From Felis catus (Eukaryota): a stretch of 64,000 nucleotides of DNA. A program made the position numbers and the translations under genes. Below the pieces are notes generated by a model. It saw nothing but the letters and a program-made list of their open reading frames with translations, was not told the DNA's origin and did not search any database. The first letter of the stretch is position 1; each line of letters starts with the position of its first letter. Location: assembly GCF_018350175.1 (NCBI RefSeq), contig NC_058369.1, positions 25,236,001 through 25,300,000 on the forward strand, written 5' to 3'. Shown here piece after piece: positions 41,991 to 55,534 of the stretch.

Positions 41991-42062
41991 AAGTTAAAAA
42001 AAACAAATTTAAGTAAATTATAAGTAAATTTAAGTCAAAAATAACCATAAAAAATAAATTCA

Positions 42063-42288
42063 GGGGCACCTGGGTGGCGCAGTCGGTTAAGCGTCCGACT
42101 TCAGCCAGGTCACGATCTCGCGGTCCGGGAGTTCGAGCTCCGTGTCGGGCTCTGGGCTGATGGCTCCGAGCCTGGAGCCTGTTTCCGATTCTGTGTCTCC
42201 CTCTCTCTCTGCCCCTCCCCCGTTCATGCTCTGTCTCTCTCTGTCCCAAAAATAAATAAATGTTGAAAAAAAAAATTAAAAAAAAAAT
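42063..42288 (+). mobile_element. Young SINEC_Fc inserted in the A-rich region after an L1
   Basis: Near-consensus copy with flanking aataaattca repeats. Confidence 0.93.
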
Positions 42289-42552
42289 AATAAATTCAGT
42301 TCTTATAACCCTGCAGCAAGATGCATTTGTGTGTTCAAGAGTGGAAGAACCACATTTAGTGTTCATTAAGCCCTGTTTTTTTCCCCCCACTAGATTGAAG
42401 TTACTGATTTGTAAAGGTAACCCAAGGAAACCCTGCCTCAAAATCCTATGATTCAGAATGTCCTTCTCTTCTGGATCCAAAGAAGTAAAGTTTTTATATA
42501 AAAATAAAGGAATAGCTCCACTAATTTTAAACCTCTCCCTCGTTTAGGCATT

Positions 42553-42755
42553 TATTTTCTTTTTTTATTTTAGAAAGAGAGAGAGAGAGAGAGAGAAAGT
42601 ACAAGCAGGGGAGAGGAACAGAGGGAGAGAATCTTAATCAGGCTCTATGCCTAGTGCTAAGCCCAATATCGGGCTCGATCCCACAATCATGAGATCATGA
42701 CCTGGGCCAAAATCAAGAGTCAGATACTTAACTGACCGAGCCACCGAGGTGCCCC
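42553..42755 (-). mobile_element. Can-SINE
   Basis: Consensus motifs on the minus strand. Confidence 0.85.
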
Positions 42756-43051
42756 TATTTTTACTTTCTTATTGAAGTATAGTTGACATGCTAGGCATTC
42801 TTATTTTTAAATCAGATTAACCAAACCTCCTAAGCCCAGACCTCATGAAATTTTTGTTAGCCATTTAGTGAATTTATTTAAGACCAAATATGTTTGCAAA
42901 TGGAACATTATTTGTTACCATTTGGTTTGCACTCATCTGAGGCCACACTCTCAGAATCTTACTCTTTTATAACACATTTGAAAATTTAACGCTATTTAAG
43001 ATAACATAACTCCATGGGGGCTGGAAGAGAGAAGTTTAAGAGTGTCTGAAT

Positions 43052-43246
43052 GGGGACACCTGGGTGGCTTAGCCACTTGAGTATCCGGATTTGAGATAGG
43101 TCATGATCTCACAATTTGTGAGTTCAAGCCCCACATCAGGTTCTCTGCAGTCAGTGCAGAGCCTGCTTCAGATCCTCTGTCCCCCTCTGTGCCCCTCCCC
43201 TTCTCATGCTCTCTCTCAAAAATAAATAAACATTAAAAAAAAAAAA
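43052..43246 (+). mobile_element. Can-SINE
   Basis: Consensus motifs with an A tail. Confidence 0.85.
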
Positions 43247-43832
43247 GTGTATGAACATAAGCCAATATGGAGGTTTATGCCCCAAATGCAATTTTTATAG
43301 GATCTCATTCCCCGAAGAGGAGCAGGATAGGCCCACATGGTTCTTCATTACACTCTCTCTAGTTTGCCAGGTGGGCCCAGCACATCTCCAGCCAGGCCAC
43401 AGACATTCCCTGACACTGTCTGCACATCACTCCTTTGGACCCTCCAATGGCTTCCTGTATAACCGATCACCTCAGGCGAACAGCAGCACAATTAAAGAGC
43501 ATCCAAACTAACTGCTGCATCTTTTAAGATGGACAAGAAAGTGGGCCAAAGTCTGTGCTATCTGATCTGCATTAGGGAAAGAAAATCATTTTCCTCTGCT
43601 CAGCAAGCATGTCCTCTGCCTGGGCAGATCCCGCATCAGTCTTCATTCCAAGGTTCCTTTTTCCCTGTCCTTATCAACCTACACATCCTGTCCATGTTCC
43701 TGTCTCGCTCTCTACTTAGAATGACTTAACTATTGTCCCTCAAACATAAAGAATCACTGGGCTCCATGTGCACCTGGCCCCAAGCCAAAGCTTCCCCCCC
43801 CCCCCCAGTATGGCAACGTCCGCCTCCAAGGG

Positions 43833-44031
43833 CAAGCTGTCCAACATGGTAGCCTCTAGCCATGTGTAGCTATTTAAATGTAATTTGAGTAAAATTTAAA
43901 ATTCAGTTCCTCAGTTACACTAGCCACATTTCAAGTGCTCAATAGCCACAAGTGATTAATAGTTACTGAACTGCATAGTGCAGAGAAAAAAACATGTCCA
44001 TCACCACAGAAAGTTCTACTAGACAGCACTG
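43833..44031. mobile_element. MER3-like hAT DNA transposon
   Basis: ctgtccaac...aaattcagttcctcagttacactagccacatttcaagtgctcaatagccac...gaaagttctactagacagcactg. Confidence 0.8.
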
Positions 44032-44187
44032 GGCTAAGAGGTTTCAGCACTCACCCACCTGCCTCTGCAGTTCCAGGTGTCATTCTCTCACAGGTGGACA
44101 ACTTTTCCTAGCTGTCACCAGGCACCATCTGTCACCTCATCTGACACCAAGGTGACAGCTCAGTTTCACCTGGGCAGGTTTTTGGGG

Positions 44188-44577
44188 TTTTTTTTAGTGT
44201 TTATTTAGAGACAGAGAGAGAAAGAGAGCAAGAGCAGTTTCCGTGCTGTCAGTGCAGAGCCCGATGCCCAATCTCACCAACCGTGAGATCATGACCTGAG
44301 CTGAGATCAAGAGTCAGACAACTGACTGAGCTACCCAGGCACCGCCATTTTTTACAGCATATTTATTTATTTATTTTGAGAGAGAGAGAGAGAGAGAGAG
44401 AATGCACATGTGGGCAGGGGAGGGGCAGAGAGAGAGGGAGAGAGAGAATTCCAAGCAGGTTCCATGCCGTTAGCACAGAGCCGGATGCAGGGCTCAATGC
44501 CACGAACCACGAGATCATGACCTGAGCAGAACTCAAGAGTATAGCAGGCTTAACCAACTGAGCCACCCAGGCACCCC
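44188..44577 (-). mobile_element. Two tandem Can-SINEs
   Basis: Copies at about 44188-44345 and 44362-44577. Confidence 0.85.
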
Positions 44578-46338
44578 TGGGCAGTTTTTTGTTGTTGTTG
44601 TTGTTTTAGACCTAGTAAGATGAACATTTCCATGAGTTTACACATTTATCAATGTTTACATTTGTGTATCCACCACCACACTCAGCACACCAAACAGTTC
44701 CATCATACCCCCCAAAATTCCCTGGGACAACCCCTTTGTAGTCAAATCCTGCATCCACACCAAAAACCCTGGCAACCACTGATCTGGCAGCTTCCTAAAA
44801 AAAAACCTCAGATTCCTGGCCTTCTCCTGAAACTCTCACTTAAGCAGGTCTGGGATTTCCCCCCCTCCCCCCCTCCCAAAATGTTCCTTAGGTGATTCTG
44901 ATATTCAGCCAGGTTTGGGAACTTCTGGGGTAAACTCCGAATCCTAGTTTAATCTAATTATCTGCAGAGAGCTCTCTGGTATCTAGACTTGCTCTCTTCC
45001 CACCCCCATTAGCTGCTCTGCTGCACATGGCAGACATCCATCGCAGGCTGGGTGATCGGAAGGCAGGGTGAGCTAGGCTGCTGGGGGCACGGGCAGGGTA
45101 AGAACCCTGTGACTCTGGTTTCTGGCAGAGAGAGGCCTTTCCGAGTCACGTGGCCTGCCATCCTAATCCCTTCCTGGCTCTTTGTGCCATGGAATCCTCA
45201 TCTGGAAAAAAAAAAGGAACCACATCAGAAATAATTGCCTACCTCCAAGGTTCTCTGGGAAGCGATGATTCAGATAATATGTTCAAAGGCACTGAGCAGC
45301 CATGACAAAAGGTACCCTGTCCTGGATACATCATCACCACACAGGGCTACCTTTGGATGGAACTCTCCTTACTTTGACTATTTATCTGATGGATGTGGGG
45401 GATCAGGATGCAAATTACAATAAAATTGCAGGCATAGAAAATTAAAAAAAAAAAAGTCAAACTGCTTTCTCCTCCTAAATTCATGATCCCGAGGGCTAGG
45501 TGCCAAATTCCATTTTTAAAGGGGAATTCGGAAGAGTCAACATCATCCCAGAAAATGTCCTCTGCTCAGAAAGTAAGCAATTATTACAAAGAGGGTCAAC
45601 ACTTGAGCGTAGCCACTCTGTCCAGCTTGCCTCGGCTCTGCTGAGGATTCCTGGAAAACACTTTGAAAAGTTTAAGATGATCAAAGGAAAAGCATGGCCA
45701 ACACAAGAAATGCTATCACTTAACATCGCATGTTTATTTAGCCCCACCAAGCCAAAGAGAGAAGATTGTTTGAAAGGGAGAGAATGCCTGCTTAATCAAC
45801 TAAAAATGCATTCATTACTATGCTATTCACCGTGGCTTTCCTGAAATCAGACACTTTTGCCCCTAGACCATAAGATTGAAGCGATTTGAAATGAAAATAT
45901 TTCCTGTCCACTGCTTGCCAGTTTCTAGCCCCAGAGTGATATAACAGATGACATCCAGTACAATAAATGCTTTTATTAACCATAAATTTGAGACTGCTTT
46001 AGGGATTTGAAGTGTTGGGTTTCATGCTGAAAAAATGTAATGTTATCCACAGACCATCAGTGAGTAACAAAAACAGAGGCACAGGTTATGCTACTTTGAT
46101 CAAATTATGGCAAAAAAAAAAAAAAAATCGTCTTTTGCATTTAAAATAGTAGTTGCATTCAGGGCATATCTTTCCAGGAGCACCACAATAGTTAAATCAT
46201 ATGTCTTGGAGAGTTTAATAGAAATTCATCCTGAATGCAGATTTATAGAACCAGCAGCTTCTGTTAAACAGGAAGTTGAAAAGTGTTATAAGGCTAAGTG
46301 AGCTGAGAAATTCAAATACTAAAATGGGACCCCTAAAT

Positions 46339-46540
46339 CAGGGTCTGTCAACCTCAGCACTACTGACACCTTGGGCTGGGTAAGTTTTTACTGGGGAGGG
46401 CCGGCCTGTGCATTTCAGGGTGTTTGGCCAGCATCCCTGGCCCCTACCCACAAAAAGCCAGTAGCAAACCTCTTCCCCATTGTGACAACCAAAATGTCTC
46501 CAGAGAGTCTCCAAATCACCCCCAATTGAGAACTATTGCT
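46339..46540. mobile_element. MER20-like hAT DNA transposon
   Basis: tcaacctcagcactactgacac...cagcatccctggcccctacccac...gtgacaaccaaaatgtctccaga...ttgagaactattg. Confidence 0.82.
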
Positions 46541-47797
46541 CTAAATCAAATTCTAGGCCTGCTTATTAGCAAATGCTGCCTGATTTCTCTTTATCCAAAG
46601 TACGGGTTTGAGCCCTCGGAGTCTCGCGGCCTCAGCTCTCTGCCCCAGTGCCTCCCTCTTCACAGAAATGGTGAGCCCCGAGTGATTTCTGAAAATCAGA
46701 AGCACTCTGCACCCCCTCTCCCACCGAAACCAGAGGCAGCACAGCCATGGAAACAAGAACGCTCTCCCCTGTGACCACAGCCCACCAGCCTCAGCAAAGG
46801 CAAACCGCCACCCCCTCCTGAGGCACACCCTGGCCGGGCCTTTGTGTCCAGCGCATTCCAGCACAGGAGCCGGGCCCTGGGCTGGGCTGCACCGCATCCC
46901 TGCCGGCCTCCAGACTGCTGCTTTCTGGCCTTTTACTGTCAGGCCAAGGAGGGGACTAGGGACCTGGTGCCAGAAAAGAAAATGAAAAGCAAAGTTGAAC
47001 CTCTGCGGCCCATTCTCTGCATGCTGAATGTCCCACTATTACAACTCGGCATGACATTTCACGGCCAGCAGGGGAGGAGGCCCGGTCCTGAAAGCTGAAC
47101 AAACGCCGGGCACACAGGCCCGCCTGCGCCCTCCCCGTCTCCCCGGACTTATGAATAAAAGATGGAGGGTTTGTCTCTGCGGCTTTCCCGGTACCCTGTA
47201 AGAATAACAACTGGTCACTTTCTGACGTTTTAACTTACTTTGAAAAATAATCAATATTAACTTTACACGTCTTTTACCTTACACGCCCTGACATCTGGGG
47301 TAAGGACAAAGAAAAGAAAGAAAAGCCATGTAATTAGGGAGAAGATAGTAATTCACGTTAAACTAATGGAACGGTCTGTGAGGGACTCCAATAAAATAAT
47401 TTAGACACTAGGCAATCACAGAACCAAAGGGCTGGAAACTGACTTTGAGGACATGTTTTGAGTGAAGTGACCTTTACTGGAAATAAAGTTCAATGTTTTC
47501 TTAGCACAAAGGAAAGTAATGGCTGAATTTTGGTGTGAGGATGCATTCAACCGTAAACCTGCCTGAGCCAAATAGAGGTTTTAATAGGAACTCAGTTCCC
47601 AGTCGCTGAGGGCGATATCTACAACTGTTTGCAACAAGCCTGTGTGAATAGCAAAAGCCTTAAACATTCTCCAGACACCACACTCCTGAGAGCACAGTTG
47701 ATTTCAAATAGTCTTTAAGCAAAGAGATTACATGACACCCTGCATTTTGGACTCTCAGCAAAGTAAAAGGGAAGCCTTAATGTAAAGCACCAGCTTT

Positions 47798-47886
47798 TTA
47801 TTGTTTTTAAAATTTTTTTTAAGTTTATTCATCTTTTTTGAGAAACAGAGAACGAGCCAGTGGGGGAGGGGCAGAGAGAGAGAGAG

Positions 47887-47918
<32 letters not shown>

Positions 47919-48045
47919 TTTGAAGCAGGCTCCAGGCTCTGAGCTGTCAGCATACAGCCCAATGCGGGGCTCGAACTCAGGAACCGGGAGATCATGACCT
48001 GAGTTGAAGTCAGCCGCTTCACCGACTGAGCCACCCAGGTGCCCC
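47798..48045 (-). mobile_element. Can-SINE with an internal (CA)n
   Basis: Consensus motifs, (CA)n at about 47887-47914. Confidence 0.88.
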
Positions 48046-51000
48046 GGCATCGCTTTTTTAAAAAAGACAATACAAGACTGAACTGCGTTAAACCATTGGA
48101 AAGGTCTCTGTGGGCAACAATTTCAAGTAGAAAAACCAAAGTTTGCTCATCGCTGCAACTCCACCCATATTTGTAACCTATTGATATGTAACATATCAAC
48201 GTCCCCATATCACCTTTACAGGGATCTTGCCAAAATATTTAACTTGACCCTAATCATGAGGAAACAATCAGAAATCTAACTGGGACTGTCCACACCACAA
48301 GTAACCCTGACCCTTCAGAATGTGTGTGTTACAAAGGACCAAAGAAATAGGTGAAAGGACTGTCCTCAATTAAAGGAGACAGGATGTCTGTGTCTATGTA
48401 AAAGCAATGAATGATCCTCGTCTGAATCTGGAATGTGATTCAGAAAGAAATCACGAAGGACTCTATGTAAGACAACTGAGGGACGTGTGGCAAGGAACTA
48501 GTGAGTCTAGGCAAAGGGGAAATAGGTGTTCATTCTACCATGCTTTCAACCTTTCTATAGCCTTGAAAATTTTCAGAATTCAAAATGCAGGAGGGAAAGT
48601 AAAGAGAAGCCCAGGCACTAGTGACTGGCCCACCTACACAGCAACAATTTAATCTTCCTGTTTAGTTTCAGAAAATTTATGCCCGAAATATTACTAATGT
48701 TTTTTATAGGAAAATTACATAAAGTCGTCACACAGCATAGATCCAGAATAAAGATAAAAATTTAAAAACATAACATGACTTACTAGTCACTTCACTGGGC
48801 AAGGGGGGTGGAGATGTGCACACAGCAGACATTTAAGACATTCAAGACGTTCATGTTTCTACTTTTAAAAAAGTCATAGGTCCTTTAAAATCTGTTTTAT
48901 GCCTTTCCCTAAAACTCTCCTGCAATTTATCATTCTCTTTCTGCTCATGTCAGAAAGCCTACTAATTTAAAAACTTCTTAGAACAGTTCTTTAAAACCCC
49001 CCACTTTCCGTCCAAAGTCTCTCCCATTATCCACCCTCATCTTTCTTTAATGAGATAAAAGCAATAATTACACTCGTCTTGACCAACTCCAAAACTATGC
49101 ACTTAAAAAAAAAAAAAAAAAAAAAAGAAGTGTGACCCTTTAAGTAAAAAGGAAGAAAGCTCAGTAAATGGGAAATGTGCTCAAGTGAAAAGATGTGGGG
49201 GTAGAATTTCTGTCTGCTAAGGACTTCAAAACCCAGGCAGAACAATGAGAGAGGCAGCCTTATGAGGGACCTGGGTGACTGTCACCTTGGGCGAGTCAGA
49301 CACTGGGAACCAAAGCACGGCTCCCTCCCGCCGCCCCGAAGCAGCCTTGGGGCAGCACAACCAGATGTTACATTTTCTCTGCTTAATTTCAGTAAAACTC
49401 CATGACCTCTTTCTCAAATTAAAAAGGCAATGCTATTTTTTTAAGCCACAGGAGCTATCTTTAGTGAAGCCTTCTAAGGATTTCATTAATTCATAGCCAG
49501 CCAACCAGGACCTTTCCCACAGTCTCCCACAAAAAAGCCCGGGAAGTCACTGACTGCTTGGCTGGATCTGAATATGAGCAGAGGTAAGATCAGAAATATC
49601 TAGTTCCTCCCACAGGGAGGCAAGCCATGAAAATCAAAGCAGAGCAAAAACTCATTACCACAGCTGGCCGGCAAACCCACAGCCCTGGAAAGAAGGCAAA
49701 GAGCATCTTTGATTCTGGATGGACCGTCTGGTGACTTCAGAAAATGAAACGTGTTCACAACCAGAGGGGATGAAACAGAAAGAGACCTGTACCTCTGTTA
49801 AAAAGACAGGGTTTTCATACCAGCTGGGGGCTGCTGCCTGGGAGTGAGAAACATTTCATCCACGTCATTTCATAAAGTCCAAAACCAGGATGCATCGTTA
49901 GCACTGGGTGGTAACTTTTTACATTTTTTTTTTTTTTAATCCACAGTGCAGTGTAAACTGTGTGGTCCAAACATCCTCTCTGGAGGCAACCAACACTTTA
50001 CAAAGTGGGATCCCCATCCAATACCGGCCCGATCGCCACCTCAGTCATCCGGCAGCCCAGCAATTGGCCAGGATGGGCACATGGTGCCAATAATCCATGA
50101 TGTGAATAAGTGGAGCATATTTTATGCTAACTCTCAGCACCTAATGCCACATGATGCACTAATGTTGAGGAAAAGAAACTACAGAACTTCCGAGGAAATC
50201 TGTATGACAATCGCTCGCCTTCTGTGCCACCTGGTCAGAGAGACCGCCTGAGATCATCTGCTTGTGCCACCATCACTCTCCTGGCTGATTTTAATTTCCT
50301 GAAGAGCACTTGGTCATTCAAGGAACAAGCAGGAGAAACCTACGATGTGCCGGCCACTGATCTCCTGCTGCAGCACGAACAAAACAGATACGGGCCCAGC
50401 CCTCATGCAGCTGACCCCGAGGTGGGGGAGACAGACAGAAAACACCATGTGTGTCTCATTGTGAAAAGTTCTGTGGAGAAAAGCAAAGTAAGGAAAAGAG
50501 GGCAGGTTGCTATTTTAAACAGGGTGGTCAGGTTGGTATTGTTGTTCTACTTGTCTCTATGTTCCAGAAACCAGTTGCAGTTCATAGAAAATACCAAATA
50601 CTCACTGAATAAAGAAATGGTCACTGAGGGTCACTCTTATCAAACCACTCATCTGCTGGAGAAACCTGCCAAGCCTCATCATTCTTGACAGGTGCACACA
50701 GGCAAAATTCAAGGCACCACAGAATCCTGTCCCCACCCCATCCCCCAGCTTTGCCACTTCTTTCTTTCAGCCACACTTTCCTTTCAAAGGATCCCCCCAC
50801 CTCCTGGATGCACTCACAGACAGGGCCTGCCTCCTTCGGCCATCCAATCCCTTCTTCTAAGCCTCCTAGGAACCATCCAAATGAAGTTTCTTCTTCATAA
50901 ACAAATCAAGTTTCCACTTTTTCTTCAATGCATCACTGCAAAAGGCTGGATGCATTCTTACTCAATCTGGAGGCATGATGGGGTGGGTCTGAGTTTACTA

Positions 51001-54000
51001 AATGCATGCTTTCTGGCACAGGTGATGTTCACATGGGGAGGCTGAAGGAGGAAAACACAGTGTGGAGAAGCCTCAGAAAGGTGAGCCTCTTCCAAAGCAG
51101 GGGAAACTGAGGCAGAGCAAGAGATCAGAGTTACATGGGCTAAAAAGCCAGATTTCCAAAGGTGGGTGCCAAGCAGTGCCTCGGGCACTGGCACATCATT
51201 ACCCAGCTTCTCACACTGGCAACTGCATAAGCTGGAATGTTCTAGGATAAGAAGCAGCAGAAACTGTGGTTCATGTTTCTCTGGGAGGAGTGGGGAGGTG
51301 CAGAGAGTTCCCTGTACCTTGGAATCCTTCCTGCACCTCCCCGTCTCTAGGCCCCAATCCCTTTTTCTTGCAGCCTCAGCTGGGTGGGGAGCCACTGCAG
51401 ACAGGGGGACCTGACCTGGTCCTACCATCTTTGTCCTTTCCCTGGAAAACATAAGTAACTACAGAACCACACTGAGACTTGACACAGAGTAGCTACTCAA
51501 AAAAACCCTGTCTTGCCTCCTCACTCCATGTAAGTCTTCTTGAACTTCAGATATTGAGCAGTTACAATAACTCCTAACCATGTGAATGCTTGTGTCCTAG
51601 CCAGAGCGACCTTGAGAGGAAGGCAGAGATAAACTGTCACTTAGCAGGGACCACACTTGCTAGGGCTGAACACTCCTGCATTGGTCTGGATTGCATTGCA
51701 TTTTCCTCTGATGAAAGGCGGGGAGGGGGGGGGGGCGGTATTGGGGGGGCATTTCAGGAGAGGAAAAACCAGAAATCACCTGGACAGAATAAAATCACAG
51801 AGAAAGGGTTTTTAAACCATATGGACTGTCTCAGGAAAATGTACTTCTTCGTTCCAAGGAAACCTTCCCTCTATCCCCATCTCAGAACAGAAGTCTGGGG
51901 CCACAGCCAGCATTTTTTAAAGGGTGACCATTCACTGGGGGGCGGGGGGGGGCGGAATCTACAAAACTGAGAAATGAAAAAAAAAACTGACAAATGAGAA
52001 CACTTGGAAAAACTCCTAGTTTTTAAGGGAATGAAGTACTTTTTAAATCTAAAAAAGGTTATATTTAAAGCCTAATCCCTTGCGATTGCAAAAGGATTCA
52101 TTTGAAGTATTCATTTAATGTGTGAAATGTAAATATCCACTCAAACATTTAATTAATGCTATCAATTTCCATTCCCTTTCAAAGTTGCTGCTTCAGTTTT
52201 GTAGGACATCTCTGATAAGTTCAAGCAAGCTTTCCTACAATGTAGTAATTTTAATTAAAAAAGCTTCATGATTAATGTCTATTAGTTCAGGTTTGGAATG
52301 AAGGAACATACAGTAAAATTACAATTTATAAAATTTCCAATACTTGCAGTCTACTGCCCTTTCAACTCTTAAAGTACCAGCTTTATGCAAATAAGACATT
52401 TTACCGTTAGGTTTACTATAAAATAAATGCTTCTTAAAAGCACACAGTAGTTTTTTAATGGAGTTAGTTTCCATTCATGCTATTAAATCAGACAATTTAT
52501 AGGCCAACTTCCGTTTTAGAAGAGAATTACATGTGTGTTCACATCACATCTTTATTTTGTCATCCACCCAGTGATTTGTTGAGGACAGCTGGTACCTATT
52601 AAGTCCCCCCTTTAAATGTTGTAGCCTTAATTAGCTACATCCACCTTCCCCCAACATTTCCAAACAAGGAACCAAAGAAAAGAGAAGCCGTTTTTATCAC
52701 AGATGCTTTGAACAATGGAGTTGCAAATGTTAAAATAATAGTCTCCATTAGAAACTAGCTAGTTATTCCTTAGTTAGGCCCCTCACAAAGACAGGGTATA
52801 GACAGGGTTTAAATCTTCTGCCTGTGTTACTTCGGTAATTTTTAGTTTCACGCCTGGTGTTATTAAACTTTCTCAAGAAACTGCTTGGGAAAGGTTGAGG
52901 GACAGTCTCTCCAGAGGCTTTTTTGGTATTATTCAGCTACAAACTTATTACTTTGACTTCTGAGCACATGAAACCAGCAGACAGAATCTGCAAGTAGAGA
53001 ATAAGCCTGGCATGGTTTTCTATGAAGACATCATGCTCTTCCCAGATAATGAAGTTTCCAACTCACACAACGAGAAATCCACTTGACTGTATGCCTGTAA
53101 CCTGCCACACTAGATAAAAACTCTTTGATTTGGTTACAATTTTGGCTTCCCTTCTTAAAAACAAACAAACAAACCAAAAAGTACCCTATTCTGTACTCAG
53201 AACTTGAAGTGCGAATTGTGTCAACAAGCTACATTTCCAGCAAGATAAGGAGCTTCTCTAGCATTTCCCCCTTAGGTTTGGTTTCTTCTTAGAGATGTGC
53301 CCCCGCTTTAATCTGCAGTAAGACTATCTGTTTCAATAGGATGTGCTCACTCCTGGGTTTGTGTCTTTTCAATCAGCCGGTGGCCCTGCCGGGTTTAGAG
53401 TGGCAGAGAGGAAGTGGCCTGTGGTTAAACAGAGGAAATACCAAGGCATTTTAATAGAGCAAATAGTCTCTTTACTTCCCACAGGGAAGAGCTTCAAAGG
53501 CCCCGGGGCCCTGGAGGAGACAATGTGTTGTGGGGCCATCAGTCACCTAATCGTGTGTCAGGACCATTCAGAATGTCCCAGCAGCCAAGACAAACACTGC
53601 CCAGAAGGACATTGCCTCCCACAGGATGAGCAAGCCAGGCTGCTGGGAGATGGGGCCCGTGGCACCAGCACAGACAGGCCCCCTGGGCTTGCTGAGGGGC
53701 AGGGGAACCTCCAAATCTGGGGGAGACGTGAAACAGAAAAGGTCTCAGCTACCAGGGTAGGGGGCAGGAGAGAGGTCTCCTGCAAGGGCACTGTCCTCCA
53801 CCCCAGCCTGTCAAGCTTCTAGGGGTACCTGAGCCCTTGCCTCTCCGCCCATACTCTTATAAACTGAGGAGTTGGGGGTGGGGGCGAGCTTCCTGAAGCC
53901 TAAAAACTCATCCCTCAGAGGTAAAGGCAGTAAGAAACGAAAAAGTACAATTAATTGCTGATGGGGTGGCCCCAGCAGCAGCAGACATCTGCTGGGCATG

Positions 54001-54051
54001 GTGTGTGAAAAGCTCAGGGACCAATAAGGGGAAAAGAGGGTCTAAAAGCTT

Positions 54052-54054
<3 letters not shown>

Positions 54055-54112
<58 letters not shown>
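54055..54112. repeat. (CA)29 microsatellite
   Basis: Perfect dinucleotide run. Confidence 0.97.
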
Positions 54113-54113
<1 letters not shown>

Positions 54114-54555
54114 TTTAGGCCAAATGAAGCATGAAAAATACTCAACTTAAAATAAAGACTTAGGAAAGCATTAGCAGTTCTTTCCTTTGTAGGGACGCTG
54201 TAAGGTTTGAACTGCAGAGAATACGATTTGGATCCTACCCTACTCTTTCCTAAGACTGTTTTCCAGACAAGCCCAGCTGTTCTGGGGAGGAACCCATGGA
54301 AGTCAGGGTCCCCTTCACTCGTGACCTCCCCTTCAACCCCAGGCTAAAGGCACCCACCCAAACCAGGGTGACCTGCCCAGCTGCCTCCCCAGGATCCCCT
54401 TAGCCAGCCTGACCCTTCTCACTGGTCGGGGGCTCTGACAGTCTCCACTTCCTCTCTAAGTCCAGAGAAGTACTTTAAAGTCAAACTGATTTTAAATGTT
54501 TAGAATGTGGCTTCTCTCTCCCTCATCTGGCCTGGGGAAGCCTGGTCTTCTAAAA

Positions 54556-54705
54556 GCAATGGCTCTCATCATTGAGAGTGCATCAGAAGAACTGAACCCC
54601 CATCTCACTCCCATTCTGGAGGCATTATCTTTGAATCTGCCTTTTAACAAGCTCCCAAGGCAATCCTGATAGTGGAAGCTCCCGGACTTCACTTTGAGAA
54701 ATTGT
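54556..54705. mobile_element. MER5-like DNA transposon fragment
   Basis: gaatctgccttttaacaagctcccaagg...cactttgagaa. Confidence 0.6.
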
Positions 54706-55510
54706 GTTCAGCGGGAAAGGGTCCACAGCCGGTACTTACTTGCTGTTCTCATCCACCCAGCTGTATCCCCTTGTTAATAACTAGCACAATGCCCCAGGCA
54801 CTGCAGGGGCTCTGGGGGGGTCGAAGGGATGGATGGGGGAGGGGAGACAAGGGAGGGCGGTTCAAGAAAGGTGGACTTGGGCTGACAGAATTCCCAATTA
54901 ACATGGCAAGACAAGCCGGAGGGAAGCATTGCAGTTCTTATAAAAATGTCTCTCTGAAAAATGTGTCAACCAGGGCTGAGTCATTTTTAACGAAGAATTC
55001 TGTAAGAGACACAAGAGCATGTACAACATGGAAGACATGGCCGCAAGACAGGCCGACCAGATGCAGGCTGGGGAGCCATGAGCTGCAAGTGAATGAAAAC
55101 GCATCCAATTCAGAATCAAATAAACATGCCTGGGCCCACAGCCAAGGAGAGTTCTTGGATTGGACTTTTATCAGGACCTAAATTTTAACCAGCTGGAACT
55201 TCTTTTCCAAGTACCACCCTATTCCTTCCTACCTTTCGAAATGAAGTTATTTGCCTTAAATGGGAAACTTGCACTTCATTGTAAAGATGATGCCAGCATT
55301 CTGGCTTCCTGAATTCCTGAAGGAGCAGGCTTTTTGCAGGCTAGACATTTGTTTCAGAGATAAAAGACCAGAGAAGATGTACCTCACCTAGCCAGGAAGG
55401 CATTCTTGTTCCCTCCTTCTCCACTGCAGAAAATGCCACTAAATAAAAACCTGTGGAAGCTGATGCCTAATTCTTTGTTCCATAAATGCTTTTCAAACAA
55501 CCAGCAAGAC

Positions 55511-55534
55511 GGGGGGGGGGGGGGGGGGGGGGGG
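55511..55534. repeat. G24 homopolymer
   Basis: Read directly. Confidence 0.9.

Noticed and set aside
50224..55181. ORFs of 154-169 aa (50224, 50958, 53343, 54672)
   Set aside because: No recognisable homology or processed-pseudogene hallmarks, and several use non-ATG starts; consistent with chance.
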